From Candidatus Latescibacterota bacterium (GTDB lineage Bacteria; Latescibacterota; UBA2968; GCA-2709665), in NCBI GenBank assembly GCA_965219455.1, contig OZ244744.1, forward strand, positions 2,368,001 through 2,432,000: a stretch of DNA of 64,000 nt. The letters run 5' to 3'. Shown here in pieces: positions 1 through 8,602 of the stretch; position 1 is the stretch's first letter; each line of letters opens with the position of its first letter. Under the pieces are notes generated by a model, which was given only the letters and a program-made list of their open reading frames with translations, made no database searches and was not told the DNA's origin. Position numbers and translations under genes: made by a program.

Positions 1-479
1 TCGAGCACGTCGGAGATCTTCGCCACCTGACCGGAAGACGAATGGCCCAGGTCGCCGACGATTGCAAACGCGTCGTTAACCAGCACCCTCGTGCCCACCT
101 TCAACGCCTGCTGGTCCAGCCGGGAATCGACATTGGCGTAATATTCCGACCCGCCCACGCTGATATAGGCCACACCGTCGCGGGGGGACTCCAGAAGCGT
201 GCCCACGCGGTTGGCCGGCGCCGTCACCTTCTCGAGCGCGGCCTCCATCTCCACGATGGTCCGCCTCGCCTCCTCGAACGTAATCTCGTCTTCCTGAAGC
301 TGTCGCCGGAGATGGTAAAGCATGGGCCGCCGTTTGTCCTTTTCGTCCATGGACATCAATATCTGGTCGATAATGGACAGCGAGCGGAACGTGTGCTGCA
401 TATCCACGTAGTCCTGCAGAAAGTCATCCGGCGACTCTTGCTGGCGATTTGCGTCGTTAGGGCGGCTAATGGCGCTCAC
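1..479 (-). CDS. arc: Proteasome-associated AAA ATPase ARC/Mpa, 5' part (runs off the left edge)
   Basis: Hand translation of an open minus-strand frame: ...RRQLQEDEITFEEARRTIVEMEAALEKVTAPANRVGTLLESPRDGVAYISVGGSEYYANVDSRLDQQALKVGTRVLVNDAFAIVGDLG... This is a coiled coil followed by an OB-domain pattern resembling the ARC/Mpa N-terminus. The start is GTG 479 or ATT 470 (after GGAGGTGA). Confidence 0.75.
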   Translation of the reverse strand, partial: MSAISRPNDANRQQESPDDFLQDYVDMQHTFRSLSIIDQILMSMDEKDKRRPMLYHLRRQLQEDEITFEEARRTIVEMEAALEKVTAPANRVGTLLESPRDGVAYISVGGSEYYANVDSRLDQQALKVGTRVLVNDAFAIVGDLGHSSSGQVAKISDVL

Positions 480-611
480 CTCCGGAATCCGAATGCCGGC
501 GGGACGCGGTCGCGCGTTCGCCGTGCGGTGAAAGTCCGCGTGGAGGATCGAAGACCCGGCGGAGGGTCTTCAATGGAAGGTCAATCCGCTGTTTTCCACC
601 GGCGTTAATGT

Positions 612-1517
612 CTAATCGTCCAGTTCGCGTTTGAAGGTGAACTTCATCTTGGCGCCCACGTTCTCCACCTTGACGTTGCCCCTGATCACGGTCACGTCCA
701 GGTCTTTGAACGACAACTTGACCTCGTGTCCGATCACGAGCCCCCGGCCCACGTCGACGGTCCACTTGCCCTTCCCCTTGCCCGTGCCTTCGACCATAAT
801 CGACACCGCGTTTGAAAATATCCAGCCGCGGTACCGCATCTGCCGGTTCTCCTCAATGACGGCGACCCGCCGGCCTTTTTTCTTCGCCAGCCTTTTCAAT
901 ACGTAGACGCTGTTGATCTCCACCATACCTTTATCCCGTAGCGCCGGGATTGGGATCTCGTGCCGCCGCAGCCCGGACCACGAATCGCCGGACCCGACCT
1001 CCCTGTTGGGCAGGACCGGATGAATTTCCGGCACCCAGAGCTGGTGCAGATCGCTGATCGCGCCTTCGCGGCGCACCTCATACGTCTTGAAGTCGGGCCT
1101 GAATCCCGTCACATCGCCTGCCGAGGTCACTTTCCACGAGAACGACCGATTGTTGAACATATCGAGCAGATACGGAAAATTGTCCACGTGAATCTGGACG
1201 CGGTCTTCCATCACCGTACTTTCGGCGTCCTGAACGACCGCCGTAACGGTGGCGGCGCCCTCCTCAATCGAGCTGACCGCTTCCCTGCTCTTCCATTTTC
1301 CATAGATCCGCACGTCGACCGTGCCGGAAGTCTTGTCTTCGTCGATCAGATCGGCGCGACCGCTGTAATATTCCATTGTCCAGGCATTCTTATAGAGATT
1401 CGACTGCCCCGATTTGTAGACGAAATTGAGCGCCACCTTCTCCCCGCCATACACCGGTCCCCCCGGAACGAACAGAACAGATGAAATGAAAAGGCAAAGA
1501 AAACGAAACCGCCCCAT
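612..1517 (-). CDS. Hypothetical secreted protein
   Basis: 301-aa ORF with GGGGGAG upstream, an N-terminal signal peptide and a beta-rich sequence. Confidence 0.75.
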   Translation of the reverse strand: MGRFRFLCLFISSVLFVPGGPVYGGEKVALNFVYKSGQSNLYKNAWTMEYYSGRADLIDEDKTSGTVDVRIYGKWKSREAVSSIEEGAATVTAVVQDAESTVMEDRVQIHVDNFPYLLDMFNNRSFSWKVTSAGDVTGFRPDFKTYEVRREGAISDLHQLWVPEIHPVLPNREVGSGDSWSGLRRHEIPIPALRDKGMVEINSVYVLKRLAKKKGRRVAVIEENRQMRYRGWIFSNAVSIMVEGTGKGKGKWTVDVGRGLVIGHEVKLSFKDLDVTVIRGNVKVENVGAKMKFTFKRELDD

Positions 1518-1541
1518 GGCTCCCCCGACTGTGATTAAAGT

Positions 1542-1767
1542 GATTAAGGCAAAAATGGACTATGATTAAAATGATTCAAATGATGGCTGGGATTAAGGCA
1601 AAAGCGGACTATGATTAAAATGATTCAAATGATGGCTGGGATTAAGGCAAAAATGGACTATGATTAAAATGATTCAAATGATGGCTGGGATTAAGGCAAA
1701 AATGGACTATGATTAAAATGATTCAAATGATGGCTGGGATTAAGGCAAAAATGGACTATGATTAAAA
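1542..1767 (+). repeat. Tandem repeat, 49-bp unit, about 4.6 copies
   Basis: GATTAAGGCAAAAATGGACTATGATTAAAATGATTCAAATGATGGCTGG starts at 1542, 1591, 1640, 1689 and 1738 (partial). Copies are nearly identical and have no spacers. Confidence 0.95.
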
Positions 1768-2012
1768 CGAGGATTGCTGTGGTGTGTGGTTACCGAAAAG
1801 GCCGCCGCCCTCGGCCAGCGGCGACAGCCCGTATAGAACCTTCCAATCCGAAGACCCTTTTTTTTGACAATGAATGTGCCCACAAGTATAGCCCGGTGCT
1901 TTTGGAATGTCAACCACTAACTATGATTATAATGATTGCTGTGATTAAGAGCTGATTAAAACCCTGCGAAAGACTTTGGGTGGATTGACACCATGATGAA
2001 CTATGGTTACCG

Positions 2013-2462
2013 TCATTGGTGGGATGGGCGGGACGGTGGGATGGCGGGGTTGCCCTGGGACCGCTGTTTGAACTCTTTATTGGTAACTCTTTTGAATTCC
2101 AGGCTCTTTGCGCCGAAGTTGATGAGCAGCCCGACCTCCAGGTCGTACGCCTCGAGGTAGTTGATTGCCTGCGCAAAATGGACGTCCTTCAACTCGATTA
2201 CTGCCTTCAATTCAACACAGACGACCTCTTCCACCAGAAAATCGACTCTTCTCAAACCTATTTTCCGCCCCTTGTAAAATATGGGCATCTCATGCTCACA
2301 ACTATAGGAAATACACTGATCCTCCATTTCTATCTGCATTGCCTTCTGGTAGATGAACTCCTGGAAGCCGTTACCCAGCCCGGGATGTACCGCCATCGCA
2401 CACCCGATGATCCTGCCCGTAAGCGCCGAATATTTATGTTCATTGTTTATCACGTCCAACAT
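2013..2462 (-). CDS. GxxExxY family protein (PD-(D/E)XK nuclease superfamily)
   Basis: IIGCAMAVH..LGNGFQEFIYQKAM (GxxExxY), RVDFLVE..VCVELKA, AQAINYL..GLLINFG. Confidence 0.92.
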   Translation of the reverse strand: MLDVINNEHKYSALTGRIIGCAMAVHPGLGNGFQEFIYQKAMQIEMEDQCISYSCEHEMPIFYKGRKIGLRRVDFLVEEVVCVELKAVIELKDVHFAQAINYLEAYDLEVGLLINFGAKSLEFKRVTNKEFKQRSQGNPAIPPSRPSHQ

Positions 2463-2718
2463 TCAAGCAAATCATGGGCCGACGGTCATTGCTGCGATCA
2501 AGTGGAACTAAAGTAGAGGCCGAGGGATTGTATGGGTTCGAATGAGTGGACGAACGAGAAGGTCAGGATTTGAGCGGTGCCAGTCGACATCCTGTCGATC
2601 CTGTTGCGTCGCTGTTGCCTGACACCCACATGCGCCAACCTTCGTCACGTCCAACATTCAAGCAAATCACGGACCGACGGTCATTACTGCGATCAAATGG
2701 ATCGAAAGTAGAGGCCGA
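2450..2718 (+). repeat. Imperfect 74-bp direct repeat covering the GxxExxY start and upstream region
   Basis: TCACGTCCAACATTCAAGCAAATCA...AAAGTAGAGGCCGA at 2450-2523 and 2645-2718. Confidence 0.85.
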
Positions 2719-2873
2719 TTGCAAAACTGGAGTTCATATCCCTGGAAAATCTCGTGTAATCGACCTTTGAAATATGGCTTGATAACAGATATCGCGCAGC
2801 CATGTTTACGTTATGTTCAGAATGGTTTGTCCATTATTTTCCATGATGTGAATCAACTGCCCGGCGGTACCGA

Positions 2874-3870
2874 ATGAGATATCGAGCGTATTCCTTCCTC
2901 CTGTTGTTGACTTGCTTTCAGCCGGTTTTTGCGCAGAAAATCGGAGAACCCGTTGCTGTTAACCTCCTGGGAACGTCGACGCCGCTGACACTCGAGTTTT
3001 CAGACCGGGACTACATGCTGATTGTCTATTCCCTGAATGCGGATGAACCGCCGGATCTCAAGGACAATCCCGAGTACGGCTTCTCTGTTTTCAGTGTATC
3101 CAGCGGCGCTAATTCCGCGACCGTTCGCAATCCAGGCGCAAGTCTGGCGGCACATTCGGGCGGTCGTCTGGAAATCCAGCTTCGAAGGCAGGAACAGGAC
3201 CTGGCCCGGCGTGTTCAACAAACCGGCGGCTATCGCGCCATGGCGGCGAAGGTCGCGCCGCATCTGGTCGGGGCTAAACGCCACGCTCGAATACACGACG
3301 CCTTTTGGGCGGACACCACCAGCGGCGCCCGCCGTTTCCCCCATCCGGAGGAATTTCTCGTCTCGCCCGAGACCTCGCCTGCAATCGGAAGCGTCCAACC
3401 CCTTTCCGCAGGACGCATTCAGCCCCATTGTCGTAAGGGAAGGAGAAGGAACGGTCCTGATCCCCGAGGATTTCTTCGAAGAAATCCAACTCCACGCGCC
3501 CATGCCGGTTGAATACCGGATCGGTCATCCGGTGCGGGTTGGCGGCGCCATATCCGATCCGTCGGTATCCCTGATAGAATTCAGTTTTTTCACGTTCAGC
3601 ACGGATACGGAGACGTCACCCGGCTAGGCGGACACACGTTTCCTCGCGCAAGTGGTGAACGGACAATTCAGCGCGGAAATCGCTTTTTCATCCGAACAGC
3701 AACTCTCAGACGACTATACGCTTGAAGTATTGCTGTGGAGAAGCGGGGAACGTTCCGGGGGCTTCAGAGATTCGAGCCGATTTCCATCGTCGCGCCGCCA
3801 TCTCCCGACTTCAACTCTGATGGAACGGTCGGGTTCGCGGATTTCGTCGCGTTGGCGGAGGCGTTCAGGT
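2874..3870 (+). pseudogene. Decayed secreted surface protein with a C-terminal dockerin/EF-hand-like motif
   Basis: A signal-peptide ORF starts at 2874. Protein-like sequence shifts frame near 3270, has an in-frame TAG at 3625-3627, shifts again near 3770 and ends in SPDFNSDGTVGFADFVALAEAF, which resembles the motif in the intact paralogs. Confidence 0.6.
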
Positions 3871-4455
3871 GTGAATGCGGAATTGGGGCTTGTCCGGGAC
3901 GGGCTGTCCTTCGTGGGGTTCATGTTCCTCGCCGATGCATGCCCTGTACAGGCGCTCGTTGTAAATGCCATATTCAACTGCCTTCCGTGAAACTTCGTCG
4001 AGTTTCCTCACCAGCTTTACATAGCAATTGTGGTGGTACTTTGAATACTCGTCTGCCGCGAGTATGTCGATCCACAGTGCACACCACCTCCGGTTCAGTC
4101 CGCGGCACTCGTCGGACAAAATGGCGCTCAGTGCCGATCTGCGCGGCCAACTCAGGGGATTCTGCCAAATCGTGGCCACCGCCAGTACGAGTACCAGCAG
4201 TGGCGGCGCCCAGAAGCGATACGGGCGCATCCCGGACCCGGCCGTTCCGGACGTCGGATTGTAGACGCCAATAAGAAACGCCGCCGATACAAGAGACACG
4301 AAAATTGCCGCATACCACACAAACCTGCGCTCGTATCGATGATTGAGCACTTTGTAATAACGACTCAGAGATCCCGTAAACCACCAGTTTCTGCAGACCT
4401 TTGTGAAAAATGGATCTTCATCTTCGGTGACGAATAAAGTCGGTTTTCTTTTCAT
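3865..4455 (-). CDS. Hypothetical two-transmembrane protein (SLATT-like architecture)
   Basis: 196 aa with a GAGG SD, two hydrophobic helices flanked by helical soluble segments, and lower GC than neighbours. Confidence 0.6.
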   Translation of the reverse strand: MKRKPTLFVTEDEDPFFTKVCRNWWFTGSLSRYYKVLNHRYERRFVWYAAIFVSLVSAAFLIGVYNPTSGTAGSGMRPYRFWAPPLLVLVLAVATIWQNPLSWPRRSALSAILSDECRGLNRRWCALWIDILAADEYSKYHHNCYVKLVRKLDEVSRKAVEYGIYNERLYRACIGEEHEPHEGQPVPDKPQFRIHT

Positions 4456-4510
4456 CCAATCCTCGCTTCATGACACACGCGTTGCCCTGTGTGCATCCAT
4501 TGATTTCCGC

Positions 4511-5278
4511 CTAATGCCCGCACCGCAGCATCGCGTCGGCGTTTCGCCAGGCGATGGCTTCCCTGACCTCCTCGGGCGCGTCCAGAATCTGTAATTTCAG
4601 CAATGCCGGCGTGGGCGCGTTGAACGGCATTCCGGAACCGAAGGCCAGGCGCTCCATACCCCACGCCTGTGTAAGACCCTGAATGCTTCGCTCCAGGACG
4701 GCGGTCAGACGGGAGATGTCCACCAGGAACCGGACGTCCGGGGGCAATATGCGCTCGGTGAAGCCGGCGCCGTTCAGAATCATCCAGCGGATATGCGGAC
4801 GCAAAATTAAAAGCCGGCGAAACATCGCCGGCTTCAAGTCATCGGCCATATCCCAGGCATGACGTTGTCGCCGGTCCACAATTCGCATCGGTACCTGTAC
4901 GGGCCAACCCAGGTCCGAAACGGCATCCAGGAAATCCAACGCCGCGTCCGTATCCAGATCGTACCCGTGATACTGCGGATACAGGCGAATCCCGCACAGT
5001 TCCAGGTCGTCGACGCAACGGCGGAGATCCTCCTCCCATCCCGCGTAGGTCGGATTCAGCGTGGCGAACGGAATCAACCGGTCCCGGTGGCGCAGCACCT
5101 GCCTGGCCAGTTCCTCGTTGGCCGAATGGGCATTCTTGTAGAACACCCCGTGGACCGACCCAACTACCGCCCGGTCGATCCCGCTACGGTCCATCAGCCT
5201 CAGCAGCCCCTGCACCGTATTGTGGCGCAACTGCCGGAACGGCCAGTGCCCGAGCCACGCATTGACGTCAATGATCAC
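4511..5278 (-). CDS. Amidohydrolase family protein (Amidohydro_2-like)
   Basis: MIIDVNAWLG, MDRSGID, GIRLYP.YHGY, AFGSGMPF, IAWRNA. Confidence 0.85.
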   Translation of the reverse strand: MIIDVNAWLGHWPFRQLRHNTVQGLLRLMDRSGIDRAVVGSVHGVFYKNAHSANEELARQVLRHRDRLIPFATLNPTYAGWEEDLRRCVDDLELCGIRLYPQYHGYDLDTDAALDFLDAVSDLGWPVQVPMRIVDRRQRHAWDMADDLKPAMFRRLLILRPHIRWMILNGAGFTERILPPDVRFLVDISRLTAVLERSIQGLTQAWGMERLAFGSGMPFNAPTPALLKLQILDAPEEVREAIAWRNADAMLRCGH

Positions 5279-5495
5279 TTTAATACCCCGCCGTTACACT
5301 CGCCTAAATTCGAAAAAACAATGAGTCAAAAACGTAGTCAGGCGAGGAGAAATGTGGTATTTCTCCCCTTCAAATGCGCTGTTTCTCCGCTTACGTTCGG
5401 TGAAATCAAGCATCACCTGCTTGTGACCCAAAATCGCCTTCGTTCTTCCTGCCGAATCCAATCTAACGTCGCCGAAATACTTCCGGGACAGAATA

Positions 5496-6527
5496 CTAGA
5501 CATACAACTGCTGCACGAATTCCTGATATCCGTTGTACAGAAGCGTGGGGCGCACGAGGGGCTTCGACACGTCGGTTGTGATGAACCGTTCCGTGGCCTG
5601 CGACCAGCGCGGATGCGGCACCTGCGGCTCCACGTTGGCCAGGAATCCATATTCCCTGGGCACGAGATTGTTCCAGAACGTCTCCGGCTGTTCATTCACG
5701 AACTCGATGATCACGATCGACTTCGCACTCTTGAACCCGTATTTCCACGGTATCACGAGCCGGACGGGGGCGCCGTGCTGCTTCGGCAGTTCGTGGCCGT
5801 AGATACCCGTGGTGATGAACGTGAGTTCGTTCATCGCTTCATCCATCCTCAACCCCTCCTGGTAGGGCCACGGCCACTGGGGGTTGTCGAACTGTCCGGG
5901 CGCCTGGTCCGGGTTGATGAACGTATTGAACTTGACGTGGGTGGCGTCGGACCGGGGTTCCACGGCGTCGATCAGCGCCTTCATCGGAAACCCCGTCCAG
6001 GGAACGGCCATGGACCACGCCTCCACGCAGCGCAGGCGGTAGAGCCGCTCCTCCAGCGGGAATCGCCGGGAGATCCCGTCGTAATCCAACGTCAACGGGT
6101 TCCCCACCAGCCCCTTGACCTCCAGCGTCCAGGGGTTCGTCACGAAATTCTCCGCCTTTTCCTCGATCCCGGTTTTTCCGCGGCTGAACTCGTAATAATT
6201 GTTGTAGTCCCCGGCGATCGTCTCGTCCGTCAGGTTGCGGTCCAGTTCCGAGAACGTCGGATTCGTCTGTGCCGGGTACGCCGGCTTAACCTCTTCTTGC
6301 TCCTCCTCTTCTTCCTCTTCCTCTTCCTCTTCCTTATCAGGGTCGGGGGTGACCGGATCCGGTTCGAACGGCTCGAACACGCGCTCGCTCCCGCACCCCA
6401 CCAGCATGCCCGCCGCGCCAACCGCACCCGCCGCTTTCAGGAACTTCCGCCGGTTCACGTACACGTCTTCCGACGTGGCTTCACGCTCCGGAATTCGCCA
6501 CCCCTTCGGGATCAGAATGTTTGCCAT
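5496..6527 (-). CDS. msrP: Protein-methionine-sulfoxide reductase catalytic subunit MsrP (Tat lipoprotein)
   Basis: NRRKFLK Tat motif, LVGC lipobox, YNNYYEF, RLRCVEAWSM, GAPVRLVIPWKYGFKSAKSI, HPRWSQATER. Start refined to ATG 6527. Confidence 0.95.
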   Translation of the reverse strand: MANILIPKGWRIPEREATSEDVYVNRRKFLKAAGAVGAAGMLVGCGSERVFEPFEPDPVTPDPDKEEEEEEEEEEEQEEVKPAYPAQTNPTFSELDRNLTDETIAGDYNNYYEFSRGKTGIEEKAENFVTNPWTLEVKGLVGNPLTLDYDGISRRFPLEERLYRLRCVEAWSMAVPWTGFPMKALIDAVEPRSDATHVKFNTFINPDQAPGQFDNPQWPWPYQEGLRMDEAMNELTFITTGIYGHELPKQHGAPVRLVIPWKYGFKSAKSIVIIEFVNEQPETFWNNLVPREYGFLANVEPQVPHPRWSQATERFITTDVSKPLVRPTLLYNGYQEFVQQLYV

Positions 6528-6594
6528 ATAAAAGCCCCCCTTACTATGATTGACTGTGATTACGTTGATTAAAGGCTGATTAAGAGCTAACCTT

Positions 6595-6790
6595 GAGTCC
6601 ACTCCGAAAAGTCAAAATCGACTCTGACAAGGTCTAAAATGTCGTTTTATTCAAAAGAAAATCGAAATTATAATTGATATAACAATATTATATATAATGA
6701 TTTATGTGGATATGGCTTATATTGAATAATGGCCCTTCCTGATCCAAATTGGAGGAAAATTACGAGAATCTCACTTTTCGGAGTGGACTC
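6595..6790. mobile_element. MITE, 196 bp, 18-bp perfect TIRs, 6-bp TSD
   Basis: GAGTCCACTCCGAAAAGT ... ACTTTTCGGAGTGGACTC, flanked on both sides by AACCTT (6589-6594 and 6791-6796). The interior is AT-rich and non-coding. Confidence 0.92.
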
Positions 6791-7099
6791 AACCTTGATT
6801 CAAAAAAAACAGTCAATTGCCAGCTTTCCCTTACCGCCAGAAATGTGGGATCAATTCGATTAGGATGCACCTTTTCTCCGGTCACATCCGGTGAACTAAA
6901 GAATCGCCGACCTGTATAGTCAAATCGCCTTCGTTCTTCTGGGCAAATTCACACTTACGTCGCTGTAATATTTCGAATCAAGGCTAAACTCTGATGTGAA
7001 CGCCGGAATGGGAGCCGGCGCAAATACTGTGATTCATAGCATTACCGTGCTTTGAACACGGCAATGCGGCAGGCCGACGGATGCTGTTTCGCGCGTTGG

Positions 7100-7927
7100 T
7101 TAAGGCTTGAGCGCGACGCCGACGAAAAACGTATTGCCGGCCGTGGTGTTGCATCCCGACGCAATGTGAATCAGGTCCATATTCACTTCCACCTTCGCGT
7201 TCAGTTTGTAGATGATTCCCGGGGAGATCTTGAGCACGTTCTGGTCCCCGATGAGGCCCACTTCATCTCCCGGCTCGCAGTTGCCCAACGTCTGAATCCC
7301 GGATATGAAGCCCTTGATCAGGACGCGATCCACCGTGATACCGGCCTCCAGGGTGTAGAACCATTCGTTGCTGAACGTCCCTCCGCGCATCCGGTACCCC
7401 AACTCACCGGTGACATAGCCCGGCACGGGGTACAGGGACTTCCCCAGCAGCACCCGTACGTCCCCGTCCAGCTTCCTGGTGCTCAACGGCACACGGGTGC
7501 TTTCATCGTCCTCGAACCAGGTGGGGACCTTCGCGCCCGCGGCAAACGATGCCACGAAGTCCTTGCTCCACAGGAGGCGGCGTATTCGAAGCTCGACGTC
7601 GCCAAACCCCCACCGCCTCTCCAGAGCGGTTCCGGTCTGAAACGTGCGCGTGTCCTCCATATTCTTGTAGGGCGCAGAGGCGACGAGCGTGAGTTGGTCC
7701 GATATCCCGTACTCGAGATAGGCAGAACCGTTCACGTCGCGCAACCTGCCCTCTCCGTCCTTATCGACCTTATCTCCCATCGCGTCGATATCCTGGGTGG
7801 TATTCAAATACCCGCCCGCCAGCTTCAGGTAATATTCCCCCTTCTTCTGGGTCCATGCGCCTGCAAAGGATTGTGATGCCAGGGCCAAAGTCAGGACACA
7901 GCCTGCCGAGAGCACTCGGACGTTCAT
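7100..7927 (-). CDS. Putative outer-membrane beta-barrel protein
   Basis: Signal peptide (AGA|WTQKKGE), alternating amphipathic strands, FGDVELRIR motif and a GGAGG SD. Confidence 0.7.
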   Translation of the reverse strand: MNVRVLSAGCVLTLALASQSFAGAWTQKKGEYYLKLAGGYLNTTQDIDAMGDKVDKDGEGRLRDVNGSAYLEYGISDQLTLVASAPYKNMEDTRTFQTGTALERRWGFGDVELRIRRLLWSKDFVASFAAGAKVPTWFEDDESTRVPLSTRKLDGDVRVLLGKSLYPVPGYVTGELGYRMRGGTFSNEWFYTLEAGITVDRVLIKGFISGIQTLGNCEPGDEVGLIGDQNVLKISPGIIYKLNAKVEVNMDLIHIASGCNTTAGNTFFVGVALKP

Positions 7928-8094
7928 TTCATTACCCTCCTCCTCGTCTCCAGAGTCTTTTTGCCCGTTAAGGAGCCGAAACCGGTTAATCCTTTAACGA
8001 ATCTGACGGGGTTCCGTTCCGTGTTCGAGGTGATTTTTCCTACCGGAAGGCGGTAGTCTTTGCGTAACATAGAATCTCCCCCTCCCCCTAACGT

Positions 8095-8330
8095 CCCTTA
8101 TTCCCATGTCCTTTTTGTTGTACGCCCAAGAAAAAGGACCAAAAAGAACGGCGCCGTTCGGCACCTGTCTGCGTGCGGACACGCACAGGCAGGCGGGGCC
8201 GGTGGGGAAACGCCTTAGAGGAGCAGACCAACTTCAGTGCCCTACGAACGCTTGCGGAATTCCTCGGCGATGGTGCTGGACGGATCAGCGCGGAAAAACC
8301 CCCCACGCCACCACCGGTCGCACGAGGGCG
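8095..8330 (-). repeat. Dispersed ~240-bp repeat family G (inverted copy)
   Basis: The reverse complement matches 28700-28960 and 30385-30650 (GGGGTTTTTCCGCG..ATCCGTCCA; GTTCTTTTTGGTCCTTTTTCTT..AAGAAAAAGGAC). Partial copies occur at about 21300, 36150 and 42170. Confidence 0.75.
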
Positions 8331-8544
8331 GCACGCATGATAAGGCGAGACCTACCCCCTATCCCTCTTCCTGAAGGAGGGCGGAACGGCGATGGGCCAA
8401 TGTACTGGCCTTCCGAAAGTGCCGAGATCGCGTTCTCCTATCAATCAGAGCGTACATGAAGCACCGCTAACCCTCCCCCTCTCCCTGTGGGAGAGGGGGA
8501 GGGGGGGTGGGGGTCTTGGGGCCGGGGGGAGAGGTCCCGCGCCG

Positions 8545-8577
8545 AAAAAAACCGCCGGACGGGTGTCCGGCGGTTTT
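8545..8577 (-). terminator. Rho-independent terminator after the 492-aa surface protein
   Basis: AAAACCGCCGGAC-loop-GTCCGGCGGTTTT, followed by a T-run on the minus strand. Confidence 0.85.
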
Positions 8578-8602
8578 CGTATGTAACTCTATGCAGCCGC
8601 CA

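Noticed and set aside
42-608. Plus-strand 188-aa ORF
   Set aside because: It is antisense to the ARC-like ATPase frame, which has the protein-like signal.
1542-1767. CRISPR array
   Set aside because: Units are head-to-tail with no unique spacers, and there are no cas genes in the window.
3625-3627. Recoded amber codon (pyrrolysine or readthrough)
   Set aside because: The same gene also has frameshifts and a truncation, so decay is the simpler explanation.
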